In this document: positions 30,381-40,158 of the stretch, piece after piece
How the letters are laid out: the number at the start of each line of letters is the position of its first letter
How positions within the stretch are numbered: position 1 is the stretch's first letter
Assembly (NCBI GenBank): GCA_965199755.1
Contig: CBDASZ010000001.1
Location: 512,001 to 576,000, forward strand
DNA: 64,000 bases
From: an uncultured candidatus Porisulfidus sp.
Lineage (GTDB): Bacteria > Pseudomonadota > Gammaproteobacteria > Poriferisulfidales > Poriferisulfidaceae
Reading direction: 5' to 3'
Notes under the pieces: model-generated
The model's database searches: none
What the model saw: the letters and a program-made list of their open reading frames with translations, nothing else
What the model was told of the DNA's origin: nothing
Position numbers and translations under genes: made by a program

Positions 30381-31973
30381 ATGCGGACTGCGCTACATAA
30401 TCCCCGGTTATTTACACAGCGGCTTGAGGCTTGCGCGCAGACGCCTGCGTCAGTACGCGAGATGCGCGTGGGGCTGGAGAGGGAGGCCCTGCGGGTGAAT
30501 GCCGAGGCCAGTTTGAGTCGCAAGGCGCACCCGGAGATTCTGGGCGCGGCGCTGACCCATCCGTGGATCACGACCGATTATTCGGAAGCAATGCTGGAGC
30601 TCATCACGCCGCCGGCACCGTTGGAAGAAGCCTACGCTTTTCTGGAAGATTTACACAGTTACACGACCCGCCATCTGGGCGAAGAGCGCCTGTGGTGCGG
30701 CAGCATGCCGTGCGTGATTGCGGGCGATCCGGACATTCCGCTGGCCCGCTACGGCACTTCCAATGCCGGACAGATGAAGACGGTGTACCGCCGCGGTCTG
30801 GGCCTGCGCTACAGCCGCTCCATGCAAGTGATCGCCGGGGTGCACTTCAACTGTTCCATGCCGCAGGCGTTCTGGCAGCAGGAGTTCGGTGAGACGCCCA
30901 CCGCTGATCAGATCTCCGAGCGCTACCTTGGCGCACTGCGTAACCTGATGCGCCACGGCTGGCTGGTGGCGTATCTGTTCGGTGCCTCGCCGGCGATCTG
31001 CCGCCTGTTTCTGGATCAGCAGCCGAGTGACACCACGCTTGAGGATTTCACTCCCGCCACCAGTTACGCACCTGAGGCGACATCCTTGCGTCTGAGTGAC
31101 ATCGGATATCAGAACAGCCTTGAGGTCAAGACCGGCATTGATGCCGATTACAACAGTCTGTCAGATTACATTGATGCGCTGCGCGCCGCCACCAGTACGC
31201 CGTGCGCGCGCTATGAAAGCCTGGGTCTGAAGCAGGGCGACACGTATCTGCAACTCAACGCCAATTGCCTGCAGATTGAGAATGAATACTACGGCCCGGT
31301 GCGTCCCAAATGCGTCCCTAAGGGCAACGAGAAACCCACCCGCGGCTTGCGCCTGCGTGGCGTGCAGTATCTCGAACTGCGTACTCTTGACATTGATCCG
31401 TTCGCGCCGTGTGGCGTGAGTCTGGACAGTTTGCGATTCCTGAACGCGCTGGTGCTGTATTGCCTGCTGGACGACAGCCCGCCGATGTCTCCTGAAGAGC
31501 AGCAGATGACGCATGACAACATGCAACGGGTTGCACAGCACGGTCGCGCCGCGCAAGTAGATCTGCGCCTTGGCGCGCCGGAATCCGCAGTCGACTTGCG
31601 CACGCAGGCGCAGCGCATTCTGGAGGAGATGCGCCCGGTGTGCGCGTTACTTGATCAGGCGCACGGCGGGAGCGATTACACTACTGCCTGGGAATCTCAG
31701 CAGGCGCGGGTTGAGGATCCGGAACAGACACTCTCCGCACGGATGATTGAAGAGATGCGAACACGCGCTGAGGCGTATGTGGAATGGACGCTGGAGCGGT
31801 CCCGGGCGCATCAGCAGTATTTCCTTGAGTGCTCGCTGACAGCGTCGGTGAGCGAACAACTGGACGCCCAAGGAGTGGCCTCGCACCGCGAACAGCGCGA
31901 ATGGGAAGAACAGGAACGGCGTCATCCGGTATCCTTTGAGGATTATCTGGCCGCCTACGAGGCGCAGCAATGA
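30381..31973 (+). CDS. gshA: Glutamate--cysteine ligase
   Basis: GLEREALRV, ITTDYSEA, SMPC, ATSLRLSDIGY, LQIENEYY, YLELRTLD. Confidence 0.96.
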   Translation: MRTALHNPRLFTQRLEACAQTPASVREMRVGLEREALRVNAEASLSRKAHPEILGAALTHPWITTDYSEAMLELITPPAPLEEAYAFLEDLHSYTTRHLGEERLWCGSMPCVIAGDPDIPLARYGTSNAGQMKTVYRRGLGLRYSRSMQVIAGVHFNCSMPQAFWQQEFGETPTADQISERYLGALRNLMRHGWLVAYLFGASPAICRLFLDQQPSDTTLEDFTPATSYAPEATSLRLSDIGYQNSLEVKTGIDADYNSLSDYIDALRAATSTPCARYESLGLKQGDTYLQLNANCLQIENEYYGPVRPKCVPKGNEKPTRGLRLRGVQYLELRTLDIDPFAPCGVSLDSLRFLNALVLYCLLDDSPPMSPEEQQMTHDNMQRVAQHGRAAQVDLRLGAPESAVDLRTQAQRILEEMRPVCALLDQAHGGSDYTTAWESQQARVEDPEQTLSARMIEEMRTRAEAYVEWTLERSRAHQQYFLECSLTASVSEQLDAQGVASHREQREWEEQERRHPVSFEDYLAAYEAQQ

Positions 31974-32386
31974 GTTACAGAATTCTGGATTTGCGCGGCT
32001 TGCGCGTGGAGCGTCTGGAGCAAAACACGAAATACCTGCGGCTGCACTTCACGGACGCCACGATCGAGAAGATTATGGATAATGCCGAGCAGCGGACCTT
32101 GTGGCGGCAATCCGGGCATCTGGAGATCGCACAGCCGACGTCGGACTCATCCCTCCCGGAGGCACCTTTTGTGCTGGCGCATGCCGACCTTCAGGATGCT
32201 ATCTATACACAGCGTGACATGATTCGGGTTCCTATGGACATCAGTGGCGGGGTGACGCTCAGAATGACGCTTGAGGATGCGGCCTCGCCTTGTGTGGTGG
32301 AAGGCGTCAAGGCGTATCTGCATCTGGAGGGCGACGCGCGCTATGTGCGGCATCTGGGTGCGGAAGTCTCCGCTGCGGGAGCCTAG
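31970..32386 (+). CDS. Hypothetical protein
   Basis: ATGA overlap with gshA; 138 aa. Confidence 0.6.
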   Translation: MSYRILDLRGLRVERLEQNTKYLRLHFTDATIEKIMDNAEQRTLWRQSGHLEIAQPTSDSSLPEAPFVLAHADLQDAIYTQRDMIRVPMDISGGVTLRMTLEDAASPCVVEGVKAYLHLEGDARYVRHLGAEVSAAGA

Positions 32387-32398
32387 GGAGAGAATGCG

Positions 32399-33205
32399 AT
32401 GTGTGGCGTAATCATAAAGATTGTGGGGTGCATGGTGGTGGGCATGATGCTCGGCGGCGCGTGGGGTTTGGTCATCGGAGGGATGGTCGGCGGTATCTGG
32501 TCGGCGGGCAGCATACAAAACGATATGAGCACCATGCGCCGCGCCGGACTGACCCGCCGGCAGTTTTTTGAGTCCACTTTTTTGCTGGCCGGCTACGTTG
32601 CACAGTCGGATGGTCGGATTGCGTCTGAAGAGATTCGATGTGTGGAGCGGATGCTGCGTGAGTTGGGCGTGTCATCGAAATACGATGTGGCCGCCATGGA
32701 GTATTTCGAGCGCGGAGTTCAGCCGGGTTTTGATTTTGAGGGATGTCTGGCGGATTTGGCGCAAGCCTGCGGCGGCAACGCCATGCTGGTGGCGCATTTC
32801 ATCGAAATTCAGATCGCTGTGGCCTGCGCGGACGGCGATTTTTCAAAGCCGGAACGGCAAGTCATTTACCAGTGCTGCATGAAACTGGGTTTCCCGGAAG
32901 CCCACGTTGAAAACATTGCGAACCGTTATCTGGGCCGCGCGCATTATGAAGAGCAGGCGGAACAGCGCTCGGCGCAGCACTCGCGCACGCCGGAAGATTT
33001 CAGGTGGGCGTGCGATATCCTCGGCGTTGAGCCTGATACTCCTTGGGAGGAGGTGCGGCGGGTCTACGCCCGGAAGATGAAGGAGTTCCACCCGGACAAA
33101 CTGGTATCCAAAGGCTTGCCGGAGGAATTTATGGAATTTGCGAACGAGCGCACCAAGGAGTTCACGCGCGCCTATCAGATTCTGAAGAAAGAGCATCAGG
33201 CATGA
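32399..33205 (+). CDS. djlA: Co-chaperone DjlA
   Basis: Gly-rich N-terminal TM, TerB-like SDGRI/ADG, C-terminal J-domain HPDKL. Confidence 0.88.
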   Translation: MCGVIIKIVGCMVVGMMLGGAWGLVIGGMVGGIWSAGSIQNDMSTMRRAGLTRRQFFESTFLLAGYVAQSDGRIASEEIRCVERMLRELGVSSKYDVAAMEYFERGVQPGFDFEGCLADLAQACGGNAMLVAHFIEIQIAVACADGDFSKPERQVIYQCCMKLGFPEAHVENIANRYLGRAHYEEQAEQRSAQHSRTPEDFRWACDILGVEPDTPWEEVRRVYARKMKEFHPDKLVSKGLPEEFMEFANERTKEFTRAYQILKKEHQA

Positions 33206-34086
33206 AATTGTTGACCGTGCGCGCCCACGGCACTGAGCAGTTGGCCGTGCAGCAGGAAGATCTGGTGTTCTTGCCGGGGGTGCAGGACGCGACCCTGCCT
33301 GCCACCATGCTGGGCCTGATTGATGGCGGTGCGGAGGCGCTTGGGGCTTTGCGCCGTGCCTTTGAAGGAGCGGATGCGGGTTCCTTTGTGTCGGCGGATC
33401 AGACCGAATTGCTGGCTCCGATCCCGCGCCCGCGTCAGAACATCATGTGTATGGGGCTGAATTACGCTGATCACGTGGAGGAGGCTTCGGCCTCGCTGGG
33501 ACGCGAGCGTGACCTGCCGAAATACCCGATCGTGTTCACCAAGGCGGCCAACAGCGTGAATGCGCCGTATGGGGACATTCCCTACGATGCCAGCGTGTCT
33601 GACAAACTCGACTGGGAAGTCGAATTGGGGGTGGTCATGGGGCGCAGTGCGCGCGGTATCGCCGGGGAAGTAGCGTTTGATCATGTGTTCGGCTATACCG
33701 TGATCAATGATGTGTCCGCGCGTGAATTGCAGCGCCGACACAAACAGTTCTTCATTGGCAAGAGCCTCAGCGGCTTCTGCCCGATGGGACCGTGCATTGT
33801 CACAGCCGATGAGATTGAAGACCCGCACAATCTGGACTTGTGGTGTCGCGTCAACGAGGTGGAGAAGCAGCGCTCCAACACGCGCTATCAGATCTTTCGC
33901 ATTGAGCAACAGATCGCATGCCTGTCACAAGGCATGGTGCTGGAGGCCGGTGATATTCTGGCTACGGGCACGCCCAGCGGTGTCGGGTTCGCGCGTACGC
34001 CGCCGGAATATTTGCGCCCTGGCGATGTGGTGGAATGCGGCGTTGAGGGTATTGGTGTGCTGCGCAACCGCGTGCGCGAGTTCTGA
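33202..34086 (+). CDS. Fumarylacetoacetate hydrolase family protein
   Basis: GLNYADH, DWEVELG, NDVSAR, GKS, TGTPSGVG. Confidence 0.92.
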   Translation: MKLLTVRAHGTEQLAVQQEDLVFLPGVQDATLPATMLGLIDGGAEALGALRRAFEGADAGSFVSADQTELLAPIPRPRQNIMCMGLNYADHVEEASASLGRERDLPKYPIVFTKAANSVNAPYGDIPYDASVSDKLDWEVELGVVMGRSARGIAGEVAFDHVFGYTVINDVSARELQRRHKQFFIGKSLSGFCPMGPCIVTADEIEDPHNLDLWCRVNEVEKQRSNTRYQIFRIEQQIACLSQGMVLEAGDILATGTPSGVGFARTPPEYLRPGDVVECGVEGIGVLRNRVREF

Positions 34087-34098
34087 TACCCGGACAGA

Positions 34099-34845
34099 TT
34101 ACCAGTAACTTTCGGTCGTGATCTGACCCGGCGCGCTGCGCCGGTTACGCGCCAGTCCCATCTCCCGAAGCAAGGCCGAGGTATCCTGCACCATTTCAGG
34201 GTTGCCGCACAGCATTATCTGGGCGCGTTCTGGCGTGAAGTCCATTTGCGCGCGTTCAGCCAGACGTCCGTCTTCAATCGCCGCCGGGATGCGGCCTTCC
34301 AGCGCATGTGCGCAAGGCTCGCGGCTGACAAAAGGCACGTACACGAATTGATCGCCATACTGGTCAGAGAGATCGTCAACCACATTCGTATAAGTCAGTT
34401 CACGTTCGTAGCGTACGGCGTGAACCAGCGCGATTTTCTGATAGCGCAGCCATGGTGCAGCAGTGCGGAGAATGGACAGGTACGGCCCCAGCCCGGTGCC
34501 GGTCGACAGCAGCCACAGATACTCGCTGTCGGGAACTTCCGAGAGCACGAAAAACCCCACTCCCTGTGACGATATCCACAAAGGGTCGCCTTCGGACAAG
34601 GCTTCGAGTTTTGATGAAAGTGGGCCTTCCGGCACGATGATAGAGTAGAACTCCAGCGTGTCCGAGTCAGGTGGGTTGATGAAGGAGTACGGGCGCGCAA
34701 TGCGCTCGCCGTTAATATCCAGCGCCAGACGGCCGAACTGCCCGGCCTCGAACCGGACTTTCGGCGCGTGAACGCGCAGCGAGTACAACTGATCGGTCCA
34801 GTGGTGATTCTCGATCACCGTGGAGGGGAGCCATTCGGTCGGCAT
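34099..34845 (-). CDS. fpr: Ferredoxin--NADP+ reductase
   Basis: FEAGQF, RPYS, TGTGLGP, MLCGNPEM, terminal ESYW. Confidence 0.94.
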   Translation of the reverse strand: MPTEWLPSTVIENHHWTDQLYSLRVHAPKVRFEAGQFGRLALDINGERIARPYSFINPPDSDTLEFYSIIVPEGPLSSKLEALSEGDPLWISSQGVGFFVLSEVPDSEYLWLLSTGTGLGPYLSILRTAAPWLRYQKIALVHAVRYERELTYTNVVDDLSDQYGDQFVYVPFVSREPCAHALEGRIPAAIEDGRLAERAQMDFTPERAQIMLCGNPEMVQDTSALLREMGLARNRRSAPGQITTESYW

Positions 34846-34850
34846 GAGCG

Positions 34851-35171
34851 TCAGGACGGGTTCGGGTCGATCAGGATGTCATCGCCGTCGACGCGCACCG
34901 GATAAATGCGCAGCGGTTCATCCGCCGGCTCTTCCATTGGACAGCCGGTACGCACGTTGAAACGGCTGCCGTGCAGGGTGCATTTGACCAGTTCGCCATT
35001 CAGACAACCGAGCGCCAGAGAAGAATCTTCATGGGTACAGGTATCGTCACAGGCATAGAAAGTTCCCGACACATTGGCCAGCAGGACGGGTGGATTCAGG
35101 GAGTCAATCCGCAGGGTGGCTCCGGGAGGGATTTCTGAAGTAGCAGCGACGCGAATGTAAGGGTTTGGCAT
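34851..35171 (-). CDS. Rieske-type [2Fe-2S] ferredoxin
   Basis: CTH...CTLHGSRF; ATG lies within the MITE target duplication. Confidence 0.9.
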   Translation of the reverse strand: MPNPYIRVAATSEIPPGATLRIDSLNPPVLLANVSGTFYACDDTCTHEDSSLALGCLNGELVKCTLHGSRFNVRTGCPMEEPADEPLRIYPVRVDGDDILIDPNPS

Positions 35172-35176
35172 AATTT

Positions 35177-35416
35177 GGGAATTATATAGAAGAGTTGACA
35201 AGCGAAAGCCTGCGAACTCTTGTTTATTTATTGACGGATCACCGAAGTCGCTTGTTCGCACGGTGCCAGGATAGAGGCGATAGGTGAATGTCCGAATCAT
35301 GCCTCCTGACATGACACCCCGGAGTCTCACCAGATGATACTCTGAACTGGCGGCCAAACAGCCTGTAAGTTACTTCTTATAGGAGAGAGATTTGTTAACT
35401 CTCCTATATAATTCCT
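35177..35416. mobile_element. 240 bp MITE with 25 bp terminal inverted repeats and 8 bp TSD (IS1595/ISNwi1-like ends)
   Basis: Left GGGAATTATATAGAAGAGTTGACAA vs reverse complement of right end AGGAATTATATAGGAGAGTTAACAA (22/25); CATAATTT at 35169-35176 and 35417-35424. Confidence 0.85.
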
Positions 35417-35475
35417 CATAATTTCCCGCTTGCGTAGAGCAATTTATAGGGAATTTCCCCTTTTCCTCGAATTTT

Positions 35476-36996
35476 ATGGACTATCTGGAACGTATCCGGC
35501 AGGCCAAAGTTTATGACGTGGCCAAGCGTACGCCGTTGGAACATGCGCCGCGCCTGAGCACGCGTCTGGGCTGTGAGGTGTGGCTCAAGCGCGAGGACCT
35601 GCAATCAGTGTTCTCGTTCAAATTGCGCGGTGCCTACAACAAGATCTCGTTGCTCGATGAACAGCAGCGCGCGCGCGGCGTGATCGCTGCCTCCGCTGGG
35701 AACCATGCCCAGGGAGTGGCGCTGGCGGCCTCCCGTCTGCAGTTGGATGCGGTGATTGTGATGCCGCGAACCACGCCGGAGATCAAGATTGATGCTGTGC
35801 AGACTTTGGGTGCCACCGTGGTGCTGGAAGGAGATGACTACGATGCCGCGTATGCGTATGCCCACGCACGGGCGGCTGAGGAAGGGCGTGAGTTCGTGCA
35901 TCCGTACGACGACCCGGATGTGATCGCAGGGCAGGGCACGATTGCCATGGAGATGTGTGAGCAGTGCGAGACGCCACCTGAGGCGGTGTTTATTCCGGTG
36001 GGCGGTGGTGGTCTGGTCGCCGGCATGGGAGTCTGGCTGCGGCACGCTTGGCCGCAGACCCGTGTGATCGGTGTGGAGCCGGAAGACGCGCCTTCCATGG
36101 AGCGCGCTCTGGCAGCAGGGAAGCGCGTCAGTCTGGATCGGGTCGGATTGTTCGCGGATGGCGTGGCAGTGCGGCAGGTAGGCGAGGAGAATTTCCGCCT
36201 CGCGCGCGACTGCGTGGATGAAGTGCTACTGGTGAGCATCGATGAGATCTGTGCGGCGATCAAGGATGCGTTCGAGGAGACGCGCGTGATGCTGGAGCCG
36301 GCTGGGGCCTTGGCAGTAGCGGGCATCAAACGTTACGCGCAAGAACGGGAGGTCGCAGGGAAAAGCTTGATCGGGATCAGCAGTGGTGCCAACATCAACT
36401 TCGACCGATTGCGGCATGTCGCCGAGCGCTCCGAGTTGGGCGAGGGGCATGAAGGAATTTTCGCGGTGACGATCCCGGAGCAGCCGGGCAGTTTTCTGCG
36501 TTTTTGTGAGGCAGTCGGGACGCATAGCATCAGCGAGTTCAACTACCGCTACGCGGACTCCGCGGACGCGCAGATTTTCGTGGGCATCAAGTTTCGTGAC
36601 ACGCATGAAGAGAAGGCAGACTGGATCGCCGGGCTGACCGCGTGTGGTTATCAGGTCGCGGATCTGAGCGACAACGAGGTGGCCAAGCTGCATCTGCGGC
36701 ACATGGTCGGGGGGCACAGCGGCAGTGACCAGCGAGAGATTCTGTATCGCTTTGAGTTCCCGGAGCGGCCGGGGGCGTTGCTGAGTTTTCTGGCAAGCAT
36801 GGGAGAGAACTGGAACATCAGTTTGTTCCACTACCGCAACCATGGAGCGGCCTACGGCCGGGTGCTGGTTGGCATGCAGGTACCGGAAGATGAAATGGAC
36901 GCCTTTCTGGCATTTCTAGAGGAGATTGGATACCGGTACTACGAAGAAACTGGCAATGTGGCGTATCAGGCTTTTCTGGGTCGCGCACGGGCTTGA
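35476..36996 (+). CDS. ilvA: Threonine ammonia-lyase, biosynthetic
   Basis: KREDLQSVFSFKLRGA, SAGNHAQG, PVGGGGL, two regulatory domains. Confidence 0.97.
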   Translation: MDYLERIRQAKVYDVAKRTPLEHAPRLSTRLGCEVWLKREDLQSVFSFKLRGAYNKISLLDEQQRARGVIAASAGNHAQGVALAASRLQLDAVIVMPRTTPEIKIDAVQTLGATVVLEGDDYDAAYAYAHARAAEEGREFVHPYDDPDVIAGQGTIAMEMCEQCETPPEAVFIPVGGGGLVAGMGVWLRHAWPQTRVIGVEPEDAPSMERALAAGKRVSLDRVGLFADGVAVRQVGEENFRLARDCVDEVLLVSIDEICAAIKDAFEETRVMLEPAGALAVAGIKRYAQEREVAGKSLIGISSGANINFDRLRHVAERSELGEGHEGIFAVTIPEQPGSFLRFCEAVGTHSISEFNYRYADSADAQIFVGIKFRDTHEEKADWIAGLTACGYQVADLSDNEVAKLHLRHMVGGHSGSDQREILYRFEFPERPGALLSFLASMGENWNISLFHYRNHGAAYGRVLVGMQVPEDEMDAFLAFLEEIGYRYYEETGNVAYQAFLGRARA

Positions 36997-37050
36997 AGTC
37001 GCTCGTGATTTATGACTACATTCGGATTCCGGGATGTTGGCGATTAAACA

Positions 37051-38181
37051 ATGCGCATTACCAGGTTAAAACTGGGAAACTGGAGGAATTTCAGGGAGAT
37101 TGATGTGGCGCTCCAGCGCCGTATTTTTATCGAGAGTCCCAATGCTTGCGGGAAATCAAATCTGTTGGATGCGATTCGTTTCCTGCAGGATGTCGCCGGC
37201 GAGAGAGGGGGATTACAGGATGCGGTAGGGAAGCGGAGAGGGCTTTCCCGCATTCGTTGTCTTGCCGCGCGGCGGCCTTCTGATGTTGAGATCGGAAACG
37301 AGATTAATAATCCAGAGTGAGTTTATTTTCTCAACATTATTCAAACCAATCAGCGCGTTCCTCAAGTCAGGTCTGAGATTGTCCGACGGAAAGGGCAGCA
37401 GATACTCAAATGCCCGGATGCTGAAGACAAGAAAGATCAAGCACGCTTGCCAAACAGCACTGGAACAAATTAGTGCAAATGTAGAGTTTCGTGAAGTTGC
37501 TGATTTTTTTGCGAGCATTAAATACATGCGCGTGGTGCCACAGTTGGTTCGGGACACCGAAAGGTTTCCTAGTCAGCATGCAGGAGATCCTTTTGGCAGT
37601 GACCTTCTGGAGCGTATTGCCTAGACCCCTAGCAGGACAGCGAAAGCGCGCCTGAAGTGGCTGGGAGAGGCACTCAAAATTGCGATTCCGCAAGTGCGTG
37701 ATCTCGAACTAGAGAGACGATGCAGAGACTCCTCACTTTAAGGGGCCGCTATGCTCATTGGCGCAAGAACGATAGTTGGCAAAGAGAAGATCAATTTTCG
37801 GATGGCACCTTGAGGCTTTTAGCTTTGCTATGGGCCACCATGGAGGGACGCGGGCCTTTACCGTTGGAGGAACCAGAGCTTTTGTTGCACGGTTCTGTGG
37901 TCAGTCAGATACCGGCTTTGGTGTCACGGACAATGCGCCGGGATGGTAGGCAGGTGTTCTTGACAACGCATTCGCCAGATTTACTAGCGGATGAAGGAGT
38001 CTCCTTGGAAGAGGCTCTCGTTGTGCCGCCCAGTAGAGAAGGCTCTACCGTTCGGGTAGCCGCAGAATTAAACAGAGTGGGCGATCTGTTTGAAAGCGGA
38101 TTACCAGTACACGAAATAATATTCAGTCAATTAGCTCCCGAAAATATTGGAAGGTTTGCGCGCTCCTCTTTGAGACGCCTC
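37051..38181 (+). pseudogene. Fragmented ABC-type (AAA_21-like) ATPase
   Basis: Degenerate Walker A SPNACGKSN (37051-37320), frameshift, internal TAG at 37622, frameshift, then SDGTLR / LEEPE / TTHSP. Confidence 0.8.
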
Positions 38182-38706
38182 ATGGTCGAAATCAACATTG
38201 TCGTCGAAGGACTGACGGACATTGCCGTTGCTCGGCGACTTTGCGGAGAAGCAGGAATGCGTGTATCACGCGTGTTTCCGATGCGGGGGAAGTCACAGTT
38301 TGATCGGAAGTTACATAACTACAACAAGGCTGCTTATTACCAAACAAACTGGTTGGTCTTGCGCGATTTGGATCAGGATGCTACTTGTGCCCCAACGTTA
38401 CGGGTAAAGAAATTTAAAAATATTGCTCCTGGGATGTTGCTTCGTATCCCTGTTCGTGCAGTGGAGGCGTGGCTGCTTGCGGACAATGTCAGCTATTTCT
38501 ACCGCACTGCGGGTGGTGCGGTAATTGATCTGCTACTGGATTTTTCCGGCACGCTGCGGGCGATTGAAATCGGGATCTCCGAGGAGCAATGGGAGCAGGA
38601 TTCTTGGCACCAAGAATTTCCGCGTGGTTTCAAGGCCGCGTGCAAGGACATCAAACCTGCGCACAAGCGCATGGCCGGTGCCAACTCTTCAGGTGATCAG
38701 TATTAA
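38182..38706 (+). pseudogene. Truncated DUF4276/TOPRIM-like gene fused to a DUF4143-like C-terminal fragment
   Basis: IVVEGLTD, LRDLD, VEAWLLAD then abrupt switch to YFYRTAGG.VIDLLL...AIEI. Confidence 0.65.
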
Positions 38707-38771
38707 AAAATATTTGTGGGGCGTCGCTTTTTGATTTGATGGAAGAACTTTCGCATGAATCTTTTTGAGAG

Positions 38772-38948
38772 AGTGCACTCCGTGCCCAAGACCAAGGCAA
38801 CTCTGAACCCGAGGTTCAGGTGGGTCCTCTGGACAGGCCGCAGCGTCTTTCTGGCAGTGCCGGAAATTGCGAAACGGCCCACTCACGCGAGGTCCCTAAA
38901 TTTAGGTATCGGTTCACCGGTGCGTTTGGCTTGACGCACGGAGGCACT
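38772..38948 (-). ncRNA. ssrS: 6S RNA
   Basis: Directly downstream of zapA; closing stem GTGCCTCCGTGC/GCACGGAGTGCAC; TGAACCGATA and CCTGAACCTCGGGTTCAG segments like E. coli 6S; ends approximate. Confidence 0.85.
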
Positions 38949-38970
38949 ATGACAGTCAGCGGGGCCTGCA

Positions 38971-39276
38971 TCAGGAGAATCCCGCCTGTTTGCTTTTTTC
39001 CTGAGCCGCGGCAATGCGCTTGCTCATCTCATCCAAGCGCGCGTCCAGACCATTCGGGCTATCCACATTGTCTGTCAGAGCGGCATGACAGATATTCAAT
39101 GCCGTCACCACAGCGACGCGATCGATGGCTGCTTCGGGATTGCTTTGGTGGATGCTCTCGGCGTGTTGCTGGAGCACTTTGACGGCCTTGTCAAAAGCCG
39201 CGCGCTGCTTTGGTGCACAGGCGACCTCATAGGTTTTGCCGAACAACTTGAAGGACAGATCCGCTTCACCGCTCAT
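38971..39276 (-). CDS. zapA: Cell division protein ZapA
   Basis: GKTYEVAC, DRVAVVTALNI; precedes 6S RNA. Confidence 0.88.
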   Translation of the reverse strand: MSGEADLSFKLFGKTYEVACAPKQRAAFDKAVKVLQQHAESIHQSNPEAAIDRVAVVTALNICHAALTDNVDSPNGLDARLDEMSKRIAAAQEKSKQAGFS

Positions 39277-39494
39277 CGGGGGCCTCCGTGGGGACGCAGT
39301 TGATGCACGATCTTATCGACGGCTTTGGCCGCCTTGCGGTTTTTGCGCCGGAGGATGGCCTGCTGCTGCTGTATTTCGTCGTAATTCTGAAGCAGCAGCA
39401 AATTAGCTTCCACCAGCCGCTCACACAGCGCAATCAGTTCGTTAACCTGACGCTCCAATGTCGCGAGTGCTTTATCGGAATCAGAAGCGGCCAT
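39273..39494 (-). CDS. TIGR02449/ZapB-like coiled-coil protein
   Basis: LERQVNELIALCERLVEAN coiled coil directly upstream of zapA. Confidence 0.75.
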   Translation of the reverse strand: MAASDSDKALATLERQVNELIALCERLVEANLLLLQNYDEIQQQQAILRRKNRKAAKAVDKIVHQLRPHGGPR

Positions 39495-39545
39495 GGTTCA
39501 GGGAAGGTGTCTGGTGGAGTTCCTATGGCCGTGGGGGGCGAAGGT

Positions 39546-40058
39546 TTATCCGCGCAGGGCGGCAATGGCGGCGTCATGGTTTGGCTCATTGCCAATCTCC
39601 GGCACCAGTTCCGAGTACACCACTTCATTGGCACCATTGAGTACTACAATCGCCCGCGCCGTAATGCCGGACAGCGCTCCTTCACTGATCAGCACGCCAT
39701 AGTCTTTTGCGAATTTGCGTGAGCGCATCATGGAGAGCGTGACTATTTCGTCAGTATGATTTTGAATGCAGAATCGATTCATGGCGAAGGGCAGGTCGGC
39801 AGAGGCGACGATAACAACGTTCTTGCCGGGCAGGTTCTTGGCTTCTTCATTGAGTGTGCCAGAGGAAGTGGCGCAGACCGGAGTATCCAGACTCGGCACA
39901 ATGGAAATTAATTTACGTGCATCTCCAAAGGTGCTCAGAGTGACATTGTTGAGGTCGCGATCGACCAAAGTAAAATCGGGTGCAGTATCTCCGGCTTCGG
40001 GGAAATTTCCCTCCAAGCTGATTTCGCTGCCTTCCAGCGTCACGGTGTTCATGGGCAT
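39546..40058 (-). CDS. tpx: Thiol peroxidase
   Basis: VPSLDTPVC, SADLPFA..RFC. Confidence 0.95.
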   Translation of the reverse strand: MPMNTVTLEGSEISLEGNFPEAGDTAPDFTLVDRDLNNVTLSTFGDARKLISIVPSLDTPVCATSSGTLNEEAKNLPGKNVVIVASADLPFAMNRFCIQNHTDEIVTLSMMRSRKFAKDYGVLISEGALSGITARAIVVLNGANEVVYSELVPEIGNEPNHDAAIAALRG

Positions 40059-40158
40059 CTAAAAACACTCCTAAGTCAGTGATGGGTGCGGGGGGTCATT
40101 CTATACCAGTTTTCAGAGTCGCGTAGTAAAATGACCTCCTCACACCGGTAGAGTTCCC

